NCBI GenBank assembly: GCA_051986235.1 | Contig: JBPYDR010000076.1 | Location: forward strand, 924-64,923 | Direction: 5' to 3' | Length of the DNA stretch: 64,000 nt | From: Pseudolabrys sp. | GTDB lineage: Bacteria; Pseudomonadota; Alphaproteobacteria; Rhizobiales; Xanthobacteraceae | Part shown: positions 1-9,498 of the stretch, in pieces | Numbering within the stretch: the first letter of the stretch is position 1 | Layout of the letters: every line of letters starts with the position of its first letter | The notes under the pieces: generated by a model | Seen by the model: the letters and a program-made list of their open reading frames with translations, nothing else | What the model was told of the DNA's origin: nothing | Databases searched by the model: none | Program-made: the position numbers and the translations under genes

Positions 1-229
1 TGGCATCGGCAGAGACAGATGCTCGGCCTTTAGACCAACGTCCGCCAGTAAGATCCGCACCTTCCGATGCAACGGCTGGGAACGGCGATTCCGGGGCCAG
101 AGACAAGTCGGCCGAAATCCCCACCTAACCCAAATTCGTCTCTGCGGAGACTGCAACGCCTGTCGCGGAGCCCGCCAAATGCGGGCCATTTAACAGTCTC
201 AGGGAAATCTCGCGGTTCGAAAGAGTGAA

Positions 230-305
230 TGGTGGGCCCGGGAGGACTCGAACCTCCAACCAGACCGTTATGAGCGGTCGGCTCTAACCATTGAGCTACG
301 GGCCC
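230..305 (-). tRNA. tRNA with CAT anticodon, most likely tRNA-Ile2 (lysidine-modified)
   Basis: Reverse complement GGGCCCGTAGCTCAATGGTTAGAGCCGACCG-CT-CAT-AA-CGGTC...GTTCGAGTCC...CGGGCCCACCA folds as a cloverleaf with encoded CCA. G1-C72 is paired (not initiator); C4-G69/C5-G68 fit TilS determinants. Confidence 0.93.
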
Positions 306-416
306 TCGCAAACGTCCTTCTATCAATGCGCACGGCTGATGCGCAACGGCCCTCTCTCCTGCCCGGCCGACCCTTGCGCTAGGTTAAAGCTCGGTTTCCT
401 CCGGAGTGCCACGGCC

Positions 417-830
417 ATGCAGGTCTTCAGCCTTGAACGCGAGCAACAATGGGACCCAAAACATCACGTCGAGAAAATCCTCGGCAAAATCGCCGATGGT
501 GACGTCACCGTCGCCTGCTGGGAGCCGGGACAGATCAGTCCCAATCATTGCCACCCGGAGGCCACCGAAATCTATTTCTGCTTTTCCGGTGGCGGCACAA
601 TGCGGACACCAAACGAAACCATTGCGGTCACGCCCGGTGCCTTTGTCGTTCACCCGCCCGGCGAAGTGCATGAATATGAGAACGGCTCCAGCCGCACGAT
701 GCTGTTCCGCGTGCGCTACGGAAACGACATGCGCGCCCACCACTGCGACTGGCGTGGCAACAAGGACTGGACGCAATCGGCGGAAGACGCCGAATACTAT
801 CGGCGCCATCCGGTGACATCACATCTTTAG
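417..830 (+). CDS. Cupin domain protein
   Basis: PNHCHPEATEIY and VHPPGEVHEY cupin motifs; start moved to ATG 417 after GGAG. Confidence 0.85.
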   Translation: MQVFSLEREQQWDPKHHVEKILGKIADGDVTVACWEPGQISPNHCHPEATEIYFCFSGGGTMRTPNETIAVTPGAFVVHPPGEVHEYENGSSRTMLFRVRYGNDMRAHHCDWRGNKDWTQSAEDAEYYRRHPVTSHL

Positions 831-1784
831 AAGCCGCTTCGCATTGCCGCTCAATATCTTGACCTTGTCCGAGTCGGATATCGACACGCTTTCCATCCAC
901 TTGACCGCCGGCGGGTTCATCACGAAAGGCCAGTCGACCGCGAACAGGATGTGGTCGACGCCCATTTCGAGCATGCAGCAGATCAATGCCGGGTCGGAGA
1001 AGAACCCGCTGGTGGTGACATAAAAGTTCTTGCAGAAAATATCGCGGAAACTCATCGCCTTCTGGCCCGGCCGCTTGAGCGATGTATCGATGCGCCAGAC
1101 GAGGAACGGCAGGGTCTCGCCGAAATGGCCGAGAATGACTTTCAGATTCGGGTGCGCGTCGAAGACCCCGGACAACACCAGCCGGATCGCCTGGGTGGCC
1201 GTCTCGACGGTGTAACCCCAGGCCGGACGGACCACCAACGGGAAGTCCTTTGCGTAATCCTGGTAGTAGATCTCCGTCACCTTCGGATGCGGCAGCGACG
1301 GGTGGAAATAGATCGGTACATCGAGTTTCTCGGCGCGCTCGTAGATCGGCCAGAATTTCTTGAAGTCGAGGAATTCGCCGTTCGACATGCCATGCAGCAT
1401 TGCGCCCTTGAAGCCGAGTTTGGTGACTGCGCGCTCGAGCTCGTCCGCCGCCGCCATGGGGTCGGCGGTTGGGAGCGAGGCGAAGGCGGCAAAGCGCTTG
1501 GGGTTGCCCGCACAGACTTTGGCGAGGCGATCGTTAACCTGGCGGGTCAGCTCGGCTGCGATATCGGCACCGAGCTTCTGGGTGGACGGCGCGCCATGCG
1601 AGAGAACCTGGATGTCGATGCCGGCCTCGTCCATCTCCTTGAGACGCAGACTCCCAAGGTCATAGAGTCGCTCGTCCGTCTCATTGCCTCGCCCGGCTTC
1701 GGGACCGGTGAAATGCTTGGCCAATTCCGCGTCCCAGTAGTGCTCCTCGATAGCAATGATCGGACAATTCGGCTTCTTCATCAT
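819..1784 (-). CDS. Amidohydrolase_2 family protein (ACMSD/aromatic-acid decarboxylase-like)
   Basis: IAIEEH, IYFHP, LGHFGE and FAVDWPF motifs. Confidence 0.88.
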   Translation of the reverse strand: MMKKPNCPIIAIEEHYWDAELAKHFTGPEAGRGNETDERLYDLGSLRLKEMDEAGIDIQVLSHGAPSTQKLGADIAAELTRQVNDRLAKVCAGNPKRFAAFASLPTADPMAAADELERAVTKLGFKGAMLHGMSNGEFLDFKKFWPIYERAEKLDVPIYFHPSLPHPKVTEIYYQDYAKDFPLVVRPAWGYTVETATQAIRLVLSGVFDAHPNLKVILGHFGETLPFLVWRIDTSLKRPGQKAMSFRDIFCKNFYVTTSGFFSDPALICCMLEMGVDHILFAVDWPFVMNPPAVKWMESVSISDSDKVKILSGNAKRLLKM

Positions 1785-1997
1785 GGCGCTTCCCCGCGTA
1801 CGTTATTGCAGCCGCTTCCTAGCAACCAGCCGGTAAGCTGTCACCGGCCTCAAAGCCAGTGATATAAAAGACGCACACCTTCGTTTGCCGATCAAAGACT
1901 TTGCCTCGACTCAGTTATTCACAGTCAACGTCGCCATTTTGATTCTGGTGCTGGGCTGAGCCCGCCTGACGGCTCGCGCGCACCACTATCGAGCGCC

Positions 1998-2486
1998 ATG
2001 GCCACGAACGGCGGTGTTCTGGCTGATCGCGATCGCCAGTCCGAAGCGCGGCAATATGTCATCCATGCCGCTTTCAAACGCGTTAACCGTCTGCGTGACT
2101 TTCCGGATACCCCTGCGCGCTCCGAAGAGGTGCCACCGAAGGTCGCCGGTTTGCCCAGTGACCGGACCGATGCCGATCCGGAAGAAACCGCGACCACCCC
2201 CGAGACGCCGGTCATCAGCATCCCTATCGAGATTGGCGACCCCACGTCGGTCGAGTTGCCGGCTATCACACCGCAGGCGCTGCCGCAATCGCCGCAAGAG
2301 GATGCACAGTCTGTCAAGAAAGCGGAGCAAGCCAAACCGCGGCCTGATGCACGTCGCCGCGTCTACCGGACCGCCGGGGTCAACAATCGACTTACGGTGC
2401 CCAGAAGCCAAACCTGCCAGGAGCCGGCTTACACCCAGCAAAGCAACCCGCGTATGGCCAACAGCGGTATTATCAGTGGCCGGTGA
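1998..2486 (+). CDS. Hypothetical Pro/Glu-rich protein, possibly a degraded gene
   Basis: Low-complexity ORF with IPIEIGDPTSVELP; an upstream hydrophobic stretch lies in another frame and ends in a stop. Confidence 0.35.
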   Translation: MATNGGVLADRDRQSEARQYVIHAAFKRVNRLRDFPDTPARSEEVPPKVAGLPSDRTDADPEETATTPETPVISIPIEIGDPTSVELPAITPQALPQSPQEDAQSVKKAEQAKPRPDARRRVYRTAGVNNRLTVPRSQTCQEPAYTQQSNPRMANSGIISGR

Positions 2487-2560
2487 CCACCAGCGCGCAG
2501 GCGACCCAGCACACTTATTCCGCGACCCCGCGCTCAATTCCCTATTAGGACGTCACCCCA

Positions 2561-3136
2561 TCAGTACGAGTCGGGCCTGTTGTAGAAATTCCAAGACGAG
2601 CCGAAACCGTCGGTTTGCCTGCCGACTTCACGCAGACTTTGCCGCGAACTGAATTTGACGTTGCGGCTGGTCACGGGAGCATATGTATCGTTCGCCTGCG
2701 CGAGTGAATTGACGGACACCCCTTTGACCTTGGCTGCATAATAGTAACCGGCAGCATAGTAGCGGACTGCGCGACCGTGATTGCCGTTCGCGAGACGATA
2801 GGCGCCGGCCAAATATTTCACCGCATAAGTCATGTTGGTGTTGGCGTCGAGCAGACCGGCGGCGTTGCCGGTGTATCCCATCGAGCGGGCCGTCTGGAGC
2901 TTGATCTGCATGAGCCCGTAATTGCCGGCACTCACCACGCGCGAATTGCCGCCGCTCTCGCGTTTGATTACCCGACGCACGAGATCCTCCGGCAGATTAT
3001 TTGCCGCCGCATGTTGCCGAATCAGCGCATCAAGATTCCCGTTGGCATCGACAACTGCGAGCCGCTGTTTTTGCGCAAGAGCCGGCGTTGCCGCCAACGC
3101 AATGAGGATGGTCATCAGTGCAAGTTTGCGAGTCAT
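2561..3136 (-). CDS. SLT-domain lytic transglycosylase, secreted
   Basis: Signal peptide, catalytic IKRES, GLMQ and AVKYL motifs. Confidence 0.88.
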   Translation of the reverse strand: MTRKLALMTILIALAATPALAQKQRLAVVDANGNLDALIRQHAAANNLPEDLVRRVIKRESGGNSRVVSAGNYGLMQIKLQTARSMGYTGNAAGLLDANTNMTYAVKYLAGAYRLANGNHGRAVRYYAAGYYYAAKVKGVSVNSLAQANDTYAPVTSRNVKFSSRQSLREVGRQTDGFGSSWNFYNRPDSY

Positions 3137-3213
3137 AACGGCTCCAGTGCATCTGCAAATTGTGGGTGGGGAAACGCGGCTTTTCGTGTGAAACTCCGGC
3201 AACTTTGTGACGC

Positions 3214-3238
3214 AACCGGGGTCCCAATCTTTGGTTCC
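3214..3238 (-). promoter_or_regulatory. EcfG-type promoter of the SLT gene
   Basis: Minus strand GGAAC-N16-GGTT, about 80 nt upstream of the ATG. Confidence 0.45.
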
Positions 3239-3347
3239 ATCACGATTTGAATCCATCTGTGCCGAAATACCGTCCCACCGCGAGAGTATTTGATTCGCGC
3301 TGAATTCGTCTCACCCGCCGCTTCAATATCAACATCGGGAGGCCTGC

Positions 3348-3860
3348 ATGACTAAGCCTGTTACGACTGAGGATCGTCTCCGCGCGGTGGAGGACACGCT
3401 TGCGATCTATCACCTTATCGCAAGCCATCCGCCCGCCGCCGATACAGGGACCGACAGTTACTATCGCAACGCATTCACGACGGATGGCTCGATCGACCTT
3501 GGTGGCGGCAAAGGCGCGAATGGCAACGAAGCGATTGCGGCAATCGTGAAGACCCCTGAACACCAGGCCGCCATTGCCGAAGGCCTCTGTCATTTCGCCG
3601 GACTGCCGCGCGTCGAGCTCGATGGAGATAGTGGGGTGGCGACTTCTTATTTGCAGATCATCACGCCCGACCGGCAGGCGGCGCCGCGCGAACTGTCCGG
3701 CCACGGCAGCACGACCGGATTTCGCATTCACCGCGTGGGCGCCAATCGGTGGGAGCTCAAGCGCGGTAAAGACGGCTGGAAAGTGACGCGCCGAACCTTA
3801 CGTCCGCTCGACGGCAGCGATGACGCGCGGGCCTTGCTGCGGAAGGCGGTCGCGCCATAA
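3348..3860 (+). CDS. SnoaL/NTF2-like protein
   Basis: RLRAVED..AI start, FTTDG and W.L.R..DGWK.TRR pattern; GGAGG ribosome-binding site. Confidence 0.82.
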   Translation: MTKPVTTEDRLRAVEDTLAIYHLIASHPPAADTGTDSYYRNAFTTDGSIDLGGGKGANGNEAIAAIVKTPEHQAAIAEGLCHFAGLPRVELDGDSGVATSYLQIITPDRQAAPRELSGHGSTTGFRIHRVGANRWELKRGKDGWKVTRRTLRPLDGSDDARALLRKAVAP

Positions 3861-3898
3861 GGTCCTTGCGGCTGCAAGACCAGCAAAGGAGGAACGCC

Positions 3899-4195
3899 GT
3901 GCCGAAGGCCTATTGGGTCGTGACCTATCGTTCGGTGAAAAATCCGGAGGTCTGGAAGGCCTACGCCAAGCTCGCCGTGCCGGCGATCGAAGGAGCCGGC
4001 GGCCGCTTTCTCGCACTCAGCAACCCGACGAAAGTGTACGAGTCAGGCATGAACGAACGTGTGGTGCTGGTCGAGTTCGACAGCATCGACAACGCCGTCG
4101 CCTGTCACGATACGCCCGCCTACAAGGAGGCGCTCAAGGTGCTCGGCACCGGCAACGTCGAGCGCGACATGCGCGTCGTCGAAGGCGCTGCCTGA
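3899..4195 (+). CDS. DUF1330 family protein
   Basis: PKAYWV, GGRFL, RVVLVEFDS and RDMRVVEG; GTG start after AGGAGG. Confidence 0.88.
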   Translation: MPKAYWVVTYRSVKNPEVWKAYAKLAVPAIEGAGGRFLALSNPTKVYESGMNERVVLVEFDSIDNAVACHDTPAYKEALKVLGTGNVERDMRVVEGAA

Positions 4196-4362
4196 CCGCA
4201 CCTCACCAATCGGCAAACGGATAGCGCTTGTGGGCGGCCGCGACCTCACGCTGCGCGTCGAGGAAAACTTCGGCGAAGGTCTTGAAGAATGAAATAACGC
4301 GAGGAAGCCGCCGAGCGGCGGCATCAGGGGCGCGTGAACCCCAAAGGCCGACATTGCGCACC

Positions 4363-4584
4363 TCAAAGGCGCGGTGGCGTCGACAGAAAACGCCGTTCGA
4401 TCTCGCGCTCCGCCTCGTCGGTGAATTTGCTGTTGCGCAAATAACGCTCGATCTCGCGATCCGCCTGAAGCTGACGCGAAATCGTCATCGCGGTGAAGAG
4501 GCGACGCAAGAAACGCGGGCGTTCGCGTGCCGGAGTTTCGTTGGTGAAGCCGCTTTTTGCGACGGCGTAAGGGGCGTAAGCCAT
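4363..4584 (-). CDS. Small Arg-rich protein (DUF1127-like)
   Basis: 73 aa with GGGAG ribosome-binding site; RFLRRLF..SRQ..ADREI.RYL. Confidence 0.65.
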   Translation of the reverse strand: MAYAPYAVAKSGFTNETPARERPRFLRRLFTAMTISRQLQADREIERYLRNSKFTDEAEREIERRFLSTPPRL

Positions 4585-5343
4585 GGATCATCTCCCTTCG
4601 TTGGGTCCGACGACTACAGGGCGTTTCTATTTTCTTATAGTTGTTGAAACCTACATAAGTGCAATCGCCCTATTCGCCATGCTCTGCGCAACATACGTTC
4701 CATGCGTGCGACTCATGCTCGATGTCGTGCATGTGTCGTCATGGTGTGCATTTGATTTTGGAAAGCGGCGCGCATTGCCTTTTACGACAGCAATTCGATT
4801 GTGACGCCACATCTCCGCCGCAAAACAGTAGCCATTCATTCGTGAGATATTTTGAGCATCGTCCGACGATCTGTGCAGCCACGACATGACGATGCAGACG
4901 CAATTTTCTGCGCCGCTGATTCACTTTTCAAACAGCCAATCAACCAGTCATGTTTCCGCTGCTCCGCGGAGGATACCGAGGGTGCGGGACGCCTGGGTTC
5001 CGATGGACTCCCCAGGCACTCAGCCGACCCTCCTCTGACAGCAGAATCGACCTACCGGCCGTTAGGACCCTCGGCAGCGGCTCGCATGCCGGGACAGGCG
5101 CGGCTTGGACCGCCGGGGGCCAACGTGCATCTCCGCCGCCATTGTCGGCCACCGCTCGCCGCCCCGCGTCTGGAGACGCTGATCAGACACCCCCCGGCAA
5201 CGGGGGCAGGATAGGAATATTGTCGAGACGACTTACAACAAAAGGCCGCCGGTGAAGGCGGCTTCATCAGATCCAGCCGAGTCACCCGCGCGTTGCTTGT
5301 TGCGCTTACAATCGGCGTTCCGGCGGGCTAACGTCGTTGCCGA

Positions 5344-5733
5344 ATGAGCCAAAGTCAGAGAGCGCCCGTGAGACTTCCGATCTGGATAGCGTGCCTGTTA
5401 ATAGCCGCACCAATGCTTGGCGGCAGCGCCTCCGGCCAATCCGCCAGATGGTGCGCCATTTACAGTGCCGGGGGTGGCACGAACTGCGGCTTTGTCAGTA
5501 TCGACCAATGCCGCGCGAGCGTCAGCGGCGTGGGTGGGGTCTGCGAACCCCGTCAGGTCGTTCCGGCCAACCTGTCTCCGGCGGCAAAGGCCGCAGCACC
5601 CAAAACAGATTCAAGCGGGGGCAAGGATAAATTGATGGAGTGTGTGACCGACTCCTGCAAGATCAATTGCTCGCCTAATGTGAAGAAACGCTACCGGCCA
5701 AAATGGTGCGCGTACTTCAAAGAGCCCGCGTAA
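5344..5733 (+). CDS. DUF3551 secreted Cys-rich protein
   Basis: Signal peptide followed by WCA.Y..GGGTNCGF.SIDQC..SVSG.GG.C. Confidence 0.8.
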   Translation: MSQSQRAPVRLPIWIACLLIAAPMLGGSASGQSARWCAIYSAGGGTNCGFVSIDQCRASVSGVGGVCEPRQVVPANLSPAAKAAAPKTDSSGGKDKLMECVTDSCKINCSPNVKKRYRPKWCAYFKEPA

Positions 5734-5755
5734 TCCGCGGTCACCACATTAGTGA

Positions 5756-5949
5756 TCAGCGCAACTTATTGTGCGTATCGTACGCTTTGTGCCGGCGCGA
5801 AATCGGCGGCGAATAAGCGAATGCCGAAATGCCGCTTGCTGCGCGAGCGGTCGAAACAACCCGGTCCCGTAACTTGCACTTTAGGATTGCGCAAAGCCTG
5901 GCGTCGCGAATGCGAACATAACAGCAGCGATAAGCAATATTTTTTTCAT
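5756..5949 (-). pseudogene. Degraded small secreted-protein gene
   Basis: AGGAG site, signal peptide [22 protein letters not shown], in-frame TAA, then SASYGTG. The 3' boundary is uncertain. Confidence 0.4.
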
Positions 5950-6131
5950 CAATCGCTCCTGATCTGCATGTAGGAGAACGCGATCTACGCGTTTTTGTTT
6001 TGGAAATTCGGTTTCACCCGCATTTTGCGGAACTTTCGATTTCGAAAAATAGCCCCATTTCCGCCGCCAAAACGTACGCCGTCCCACCTACAGCCACGCC
6101 CGACTGCGGGGCCAATCCAGGAGCTAAGTTG

Positions 6132-6473
6132 ATGATCGTGCGTTTCGCCGCCGCAATTTGCGGCGCACTGATTTTCGTTGGGTGTTCGTCCGCCGTCATG
6201 GCGCAGTCCGGACTTGCTTCGGTCTATGCCTATGCCGGCGAACGCACCGCAAGCGGAGAGCGCGCAAAGCCGAGCGGCTTCACGGCTGCGCACCGTACGC
6301 TTCCGTTCGGCACGCGCGTGCGCGTGACGAACAAAAGCAACGGCCGCAGCGTCGTGGTGCGGATCAATGATCGGGGACCGTTCGTACGCGGCCGCGTTAT
6401 CGATCTCACCCCGGCAGCAGCCAGTGCTCTCGGCTTCAACGGACTCGCACGCGTAACTTTGCAGGCGAGCTGA
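6132..6473 (+). CDS. rlpA: RlpA-like septal ring lytic transglycosylase (DPBB domain)
   Basis: [20 protein letters not shown] and [17 protein letters not shown]. Confidence 0.9.
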   Translation: MIVRFAAAICGALIFVGCSSAVMAQSGLASVYAYAGERTASGERAKPSGFTAAHRTLPFGTRVRVTNKSNGRSVVVRINDRGPFVRGRVIDLTPAAASALGFNGLARVTLQAS

Positions 6474-6603
6474 TAAAAAATCCTCGGAAACGCACCTGGA
6501 AAGCAAAAGGGTCGCGCCAATCGCGCGGCCCTCATTGTTTCGTCCTTAGCCACTTACCAAGTGCTAATGGCGTAGAGGGTAACCAGTGGGCTGATATGAT
6601 TCG

Positions 6604-6699
6604 CTAGGAACTGATCGCGTTGAGCATCAGCATCATCAGAAACAAACCGGATAGAGACAGCCCGATTAGCCTTGTGGTCGCCCGCTCGCTCATAGTCAT
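6604..6699 (-). CDS. Small hydrophobic membrane peptide (29-31 aa)
   Basis: (MT)MSERATTRLIGLSLSGLFLMMLMLNAISS, directly behind a GGAAC-N16-CGTT promoter. Confidence 0.5.
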   Translation of the reverse strand: MTMSERATTRLIGLSLSGLFLMMLMLNAISS

Positions 6700-6702
6700 C
6701 AA

Positions 6703-6727
6703 AACGAACTGGGCTGCCAAACGTTCC
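6703..6727 (-). promoter_or_regulatory. EcfG-type promoter of the micropeptide
   Basis: GGAAC-gtttggcagcccagtt-CGTT, exact 16-nt spacer. Confidence 0.6.
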
Positions 6728-6760
6728 GTCGGCGGGTGCATTTCAGGCCTGCGACAAATG

Positions 6761-6850
6761 CAAATCAAGAACCGGCGCGGGGCCGCACCCGGTTCTTTGA
6801 CTGAAGTGACCGCGCGTTCGGGGGGATGGGGGGATACGCGCGGCGTAACT
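6761..6850 (-). ncRNA. Candidate sRNA with C-rich loop and terminal hairpin
   Basis: Stem CCGCGCGT/ACGCGCGG closes loop ATCCCCCCATCCCCCCGA; then hairpin AAGAACCGG...CCGGTTCTT; EcfG promoter immediately upstream. Confidence 0.55.
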
Positions 6851-6854
6851 AGAA

Positions 6855-6879
6855 AACGCAACGCGGGCCTGCATGTTCC
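6855..6879 (-). promoter_or_regulatory. EcfG-type promoter of the candidate sRNA
   Basis: GGAAC-atgcaggcccgcgttg-CGTT, 16-nt spacer. Confidence 0.6.
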
Positions 6880-7025
6880 CAATCTCGATCCGATTTTCGG
6901 ATGAGCTTCGAACTTCAAAAATTTTTGCGCGTTGACTACCGGGACCGGTCGCCACAGCTTGTCACCACGGCTGCAGCGGCCTCTCCTGGAAAGGCCGCCT
7001 CACGGCGGCTTTTCCTTTTGCGCGG

Positions 7026-7880
7026 CTAGAAGCAGAGATTGGTCACGAACTTTCCGTTCTTGTCCTTGATCACATACGGACATTCGACGCGCTTCAGCGC
7101 AGCCTTGGCGCTCTCATTACCGAGCGCTACGGCTTTTTCGTAGTAGGCCTTGGCGGCCGCGGCATCCTGCGGGCCCCCTCGTCCGCTCTCGGTGAAGGCG
7201 CCCATGCGCTCCAACGCACCGGCGTGATTTTGCGCGGCCGCCTTCTCGAACCAGGCTCGCGCGGCGGCGTCATCCTTCGGTCCGCCCACGCCGTCTGCAT
7301 TCATTACTCCAAGCTGGTATTGCGCTTCCGCCGAATTTGCTTCTGCTGCTTTTGTCAGCAGCGACCTCGCCTTGCCGGGGTCTGATGGAGTATCACCACT
7401 TAAGGCCGCAAGATTGGAAACACCGCGCGGGTTACCGGCTTCCGCAGCGCGCTCGAAAAGTCGGCGCGCCGCGGCCTGATCCTTGGTTCCACCGGAACCG
7501 GTTCCCAACAGCACCCCCAGTTCGACCATAGCGGACGTGCTGCCTTTGTCCGCGGCCTTTCGCCAGGCAGCGACGGCCTCAGGCATCTGCCGGTTGGCCG
7601 CGTAGGCACGTCCAAGCTCGTACATGGCGCGGCGCGATGAGCCGGAGGCGACTTTGCAGAACTTGATCGCGGTCGCGATGTCGGATTGAGCGATTTCAGG
7701 AGTTCCCTTGACGTCGGCCGGCTTGTCCGGATCGCTCGGATCGGCTGCTATCCGGTCGCAAAGCACGAGGTCGGCGGATTGCGTGCGCCCCGGCGTGCTG
7801 AGCAATGACACTGCGATCAGCACCGAAAGGCCGATACCGCGATCGCGAGCCACGAACCTCGCACCAGGGCGTTTCGCCAT
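7026..7880 (-). CDS. Sel1-like repeat protein, secreted
   Basis: Repeated A.Y.LG..Y..G.G..KD...A..WF.KAA motifs. Confidence 0.88.
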   Translation of the reverse strand: MAKRPGARFVARDRGIGLSVLIAVSLLSTPGRTQSADLVLCDRIAADPSDPDKPADVKGTPEIAQSDIATAIKFCKVASGSSRRAMYELGRAYAANRQMPEAVAAWRKAADKGSTSAMVELGVLLGTGSGGTKDQAAARRLFERAAEAGNPRGVSNLAALSGDTPSDPGKARSLLTKAAEANSAEAQYQLGVMNADGVGGPKDDAAARAWFEKAAAQNHAGALERMGAFTESGRGGPQDAAAAKAYYEKAVALGNESAKAALKRVECPYVIKDKNGKFVTNLCF

Positions 7881-8092
7881 GTACGCGCCCCCTACTCACG
7901 CCACATCATGCAACTTTAGGGCTGCCGGGAAAGACCAGCAAGCGCTTGACCAGAGCGGAACGATCCGCGCTCGGATTCTGGAACCTGTGCATCGCATTTC
8001 TTGTCCACTGTGGCCCTTCGGTCATAGGGCAATGGAAGGGAATGCCTATGATGCTCGTCAGGGGAAACGCAAACACGGACGGACCTGTGCAC

Positions 8093-8407
8093 ATGCCAGA
8101 CAAATGGCTGACGGCTCAATTTAACCTGACTGCACTGACGCCATTCAAAGCATTTGCACGGATAACAACCGCCGTCGCGATGGCCTTCCTGAGTTCCACC
8201 GCGATGGCCGAGACCACGGAAGAGCGGCAGGCCTGCTTCAATGATGCGTTCCGAGTCTGCTGGTCGGCTATTCCGGATCGCAACGCCGTATTTCATTGCC
8301 TGATGGACAACCGGCCGCGCCTCAATCCGGCTTGCCGCATGGTCATGGATCAGTATCGGCGCGGGCACAGAATCAGGCGCGCGTCGCGCAACGCTCGGGC
8401 CGACTGA
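8093..8407 (+). CDS. Small secreted four-Cys protein (start uncertain)
   Basis: Signal-like segment, then ERQAC.NDAFRVC...IPD...V..CL......LNPAC. Confidence 0.65.
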   Translation: MPDKWLTAQFNLTALTPFKAFARITTAVAMAFLSSTAMAETTEERQACFNDAFRVCWSAIPDRNAVFHCLMDNRPRLNPACRMVMDQYRRGHRIRRASRNARAD

Positions 8408-8685
8408 ACCGCTTCCACATTCGTCTTCCGCGACCACTGACAGCCGGCGCGCAAGCCGCGCCGAGATTTGGTGTGCATTTTTCCGTTCGCCACGAAGTTG
8501 CCATGAGGCGAAAATTGCCGTCGGCGGCATCGATTCAAACGCCCGCGAGATCGAGATTCTGAAGCGCGATTGCCTATCGCGAGCGCGTTCAGCGAGAAGG
8601 CCCCGATGACACATCGAAAGAAATCCTGTTTCGAATTGCAATAGATTACGGCGCTTCGCGACGAGCGGCCTGATCTAGTTGCCTT

Positions 8686-9498
8686 TCAAATGATCGCGTG
8701 GCGGACCTTGGCCGAGACCCACTCGCTCACGATCACCGTGCCGATAATGACAAGCAAAATCAGCGAGACCTGGGTCCAGTAGAGTTGCGTGATCGCGGCA
8801 TTGAGTTCCAGTCCGATGCCGCCCGCTCCGACCAGGCCGAGCACCGTCGATTCGCGGATGTTGATGTCCCAACGAAACACGGAGATCCCCGCAAAGGCCG
8901 GCAAGATCTGTGGCACAATACCGTATGACGTTACCTGCGCGCCGGAGGCGCCGGTCGAGCGCACGGCTTCGACCTGCCCTTCGTCGATCTCCTCGATCGC
9001 CTCGTAGAGCAGCTTGGCGCAGAAGCCGATCGAGCGCAGTGCGATCGCGATGATGCCGGCAAATACCCCAGGGCCAATAATCGTGACCAGCATCAGCGCC
9101 CAGATCAGCGCGTTGATCGATCGCGAGGACACGATCACGAAAAGCGCAATCGGTCGGATGACGCTGACGCTCGGCGTCGTATTGCGGGCGGCACAATAGG
9201 CGACAGGAACTGCGAGAAGCACGGCAACCAGCGTGCCGATCGTTGCGATATTGATGGTGTCCCAGATCGGCCGGCCGAGCACGCGGATATATGACCAGTC
9301 GGGCGGCACCATCCGTGCCGCAAGATCACCGGCCTGTTGTGGCGCATCCGAGACAAAAGCCCAGATGGTTTTTTCGGAGATGAGCTGGAAACAGCCGATG
9401 AAAAGTGCGGCGGCGACCAGCCAGGCGAGCCAGATCATAAGTTGAACGCGCGGTTCGCGCCGCCGCCACGTCCGTGCATGGGCCGGAATTGTCGCCAT
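8686..9498 (-). CDS. phnE: Phosphonate/phosphite ABC permease
   Basis: KLLYEAIEEID..QVEA, RWDINIRESTVLGLVGAGGIG; TGATG overlap with the upstream permease. Confidence 0.9.
   Translation of the reverse strand: MATIPAHARTWRRREPRVQLMIWLAWLVAAALFIGCFQLISEKTIWAFVSDAPQQAGDLAARMVPPDWSYIRVLGRPIWDTINIATIGTLVAVLLAVPVAYCAARNTTPSVSVIRPIALFVIVSSRSINALIWALMLVTIIGPGVFAGIIAIALRSIGFCAKLLYEAIEEIDEGQVEAVRSTGASGAQVTSYGIVPQILPAFAGISVFRWDINIRESTVLGLVGAGGIGLELNAAITQLYWTQVSLILLVIIGTVIVSEWVSAKVRHAII

Noticed and set aside
230-305. Initiator tRNA-Met call for the CAT tRNA
   Set aside because: Positions 1-72 are paired and the anticodon stem lacks the three G-C pairs. Elongator Met is not strictly excluded.
30-326. 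98-aa ORF at the window start
   Set aside because: It overlaps the tRNA and is spurious.
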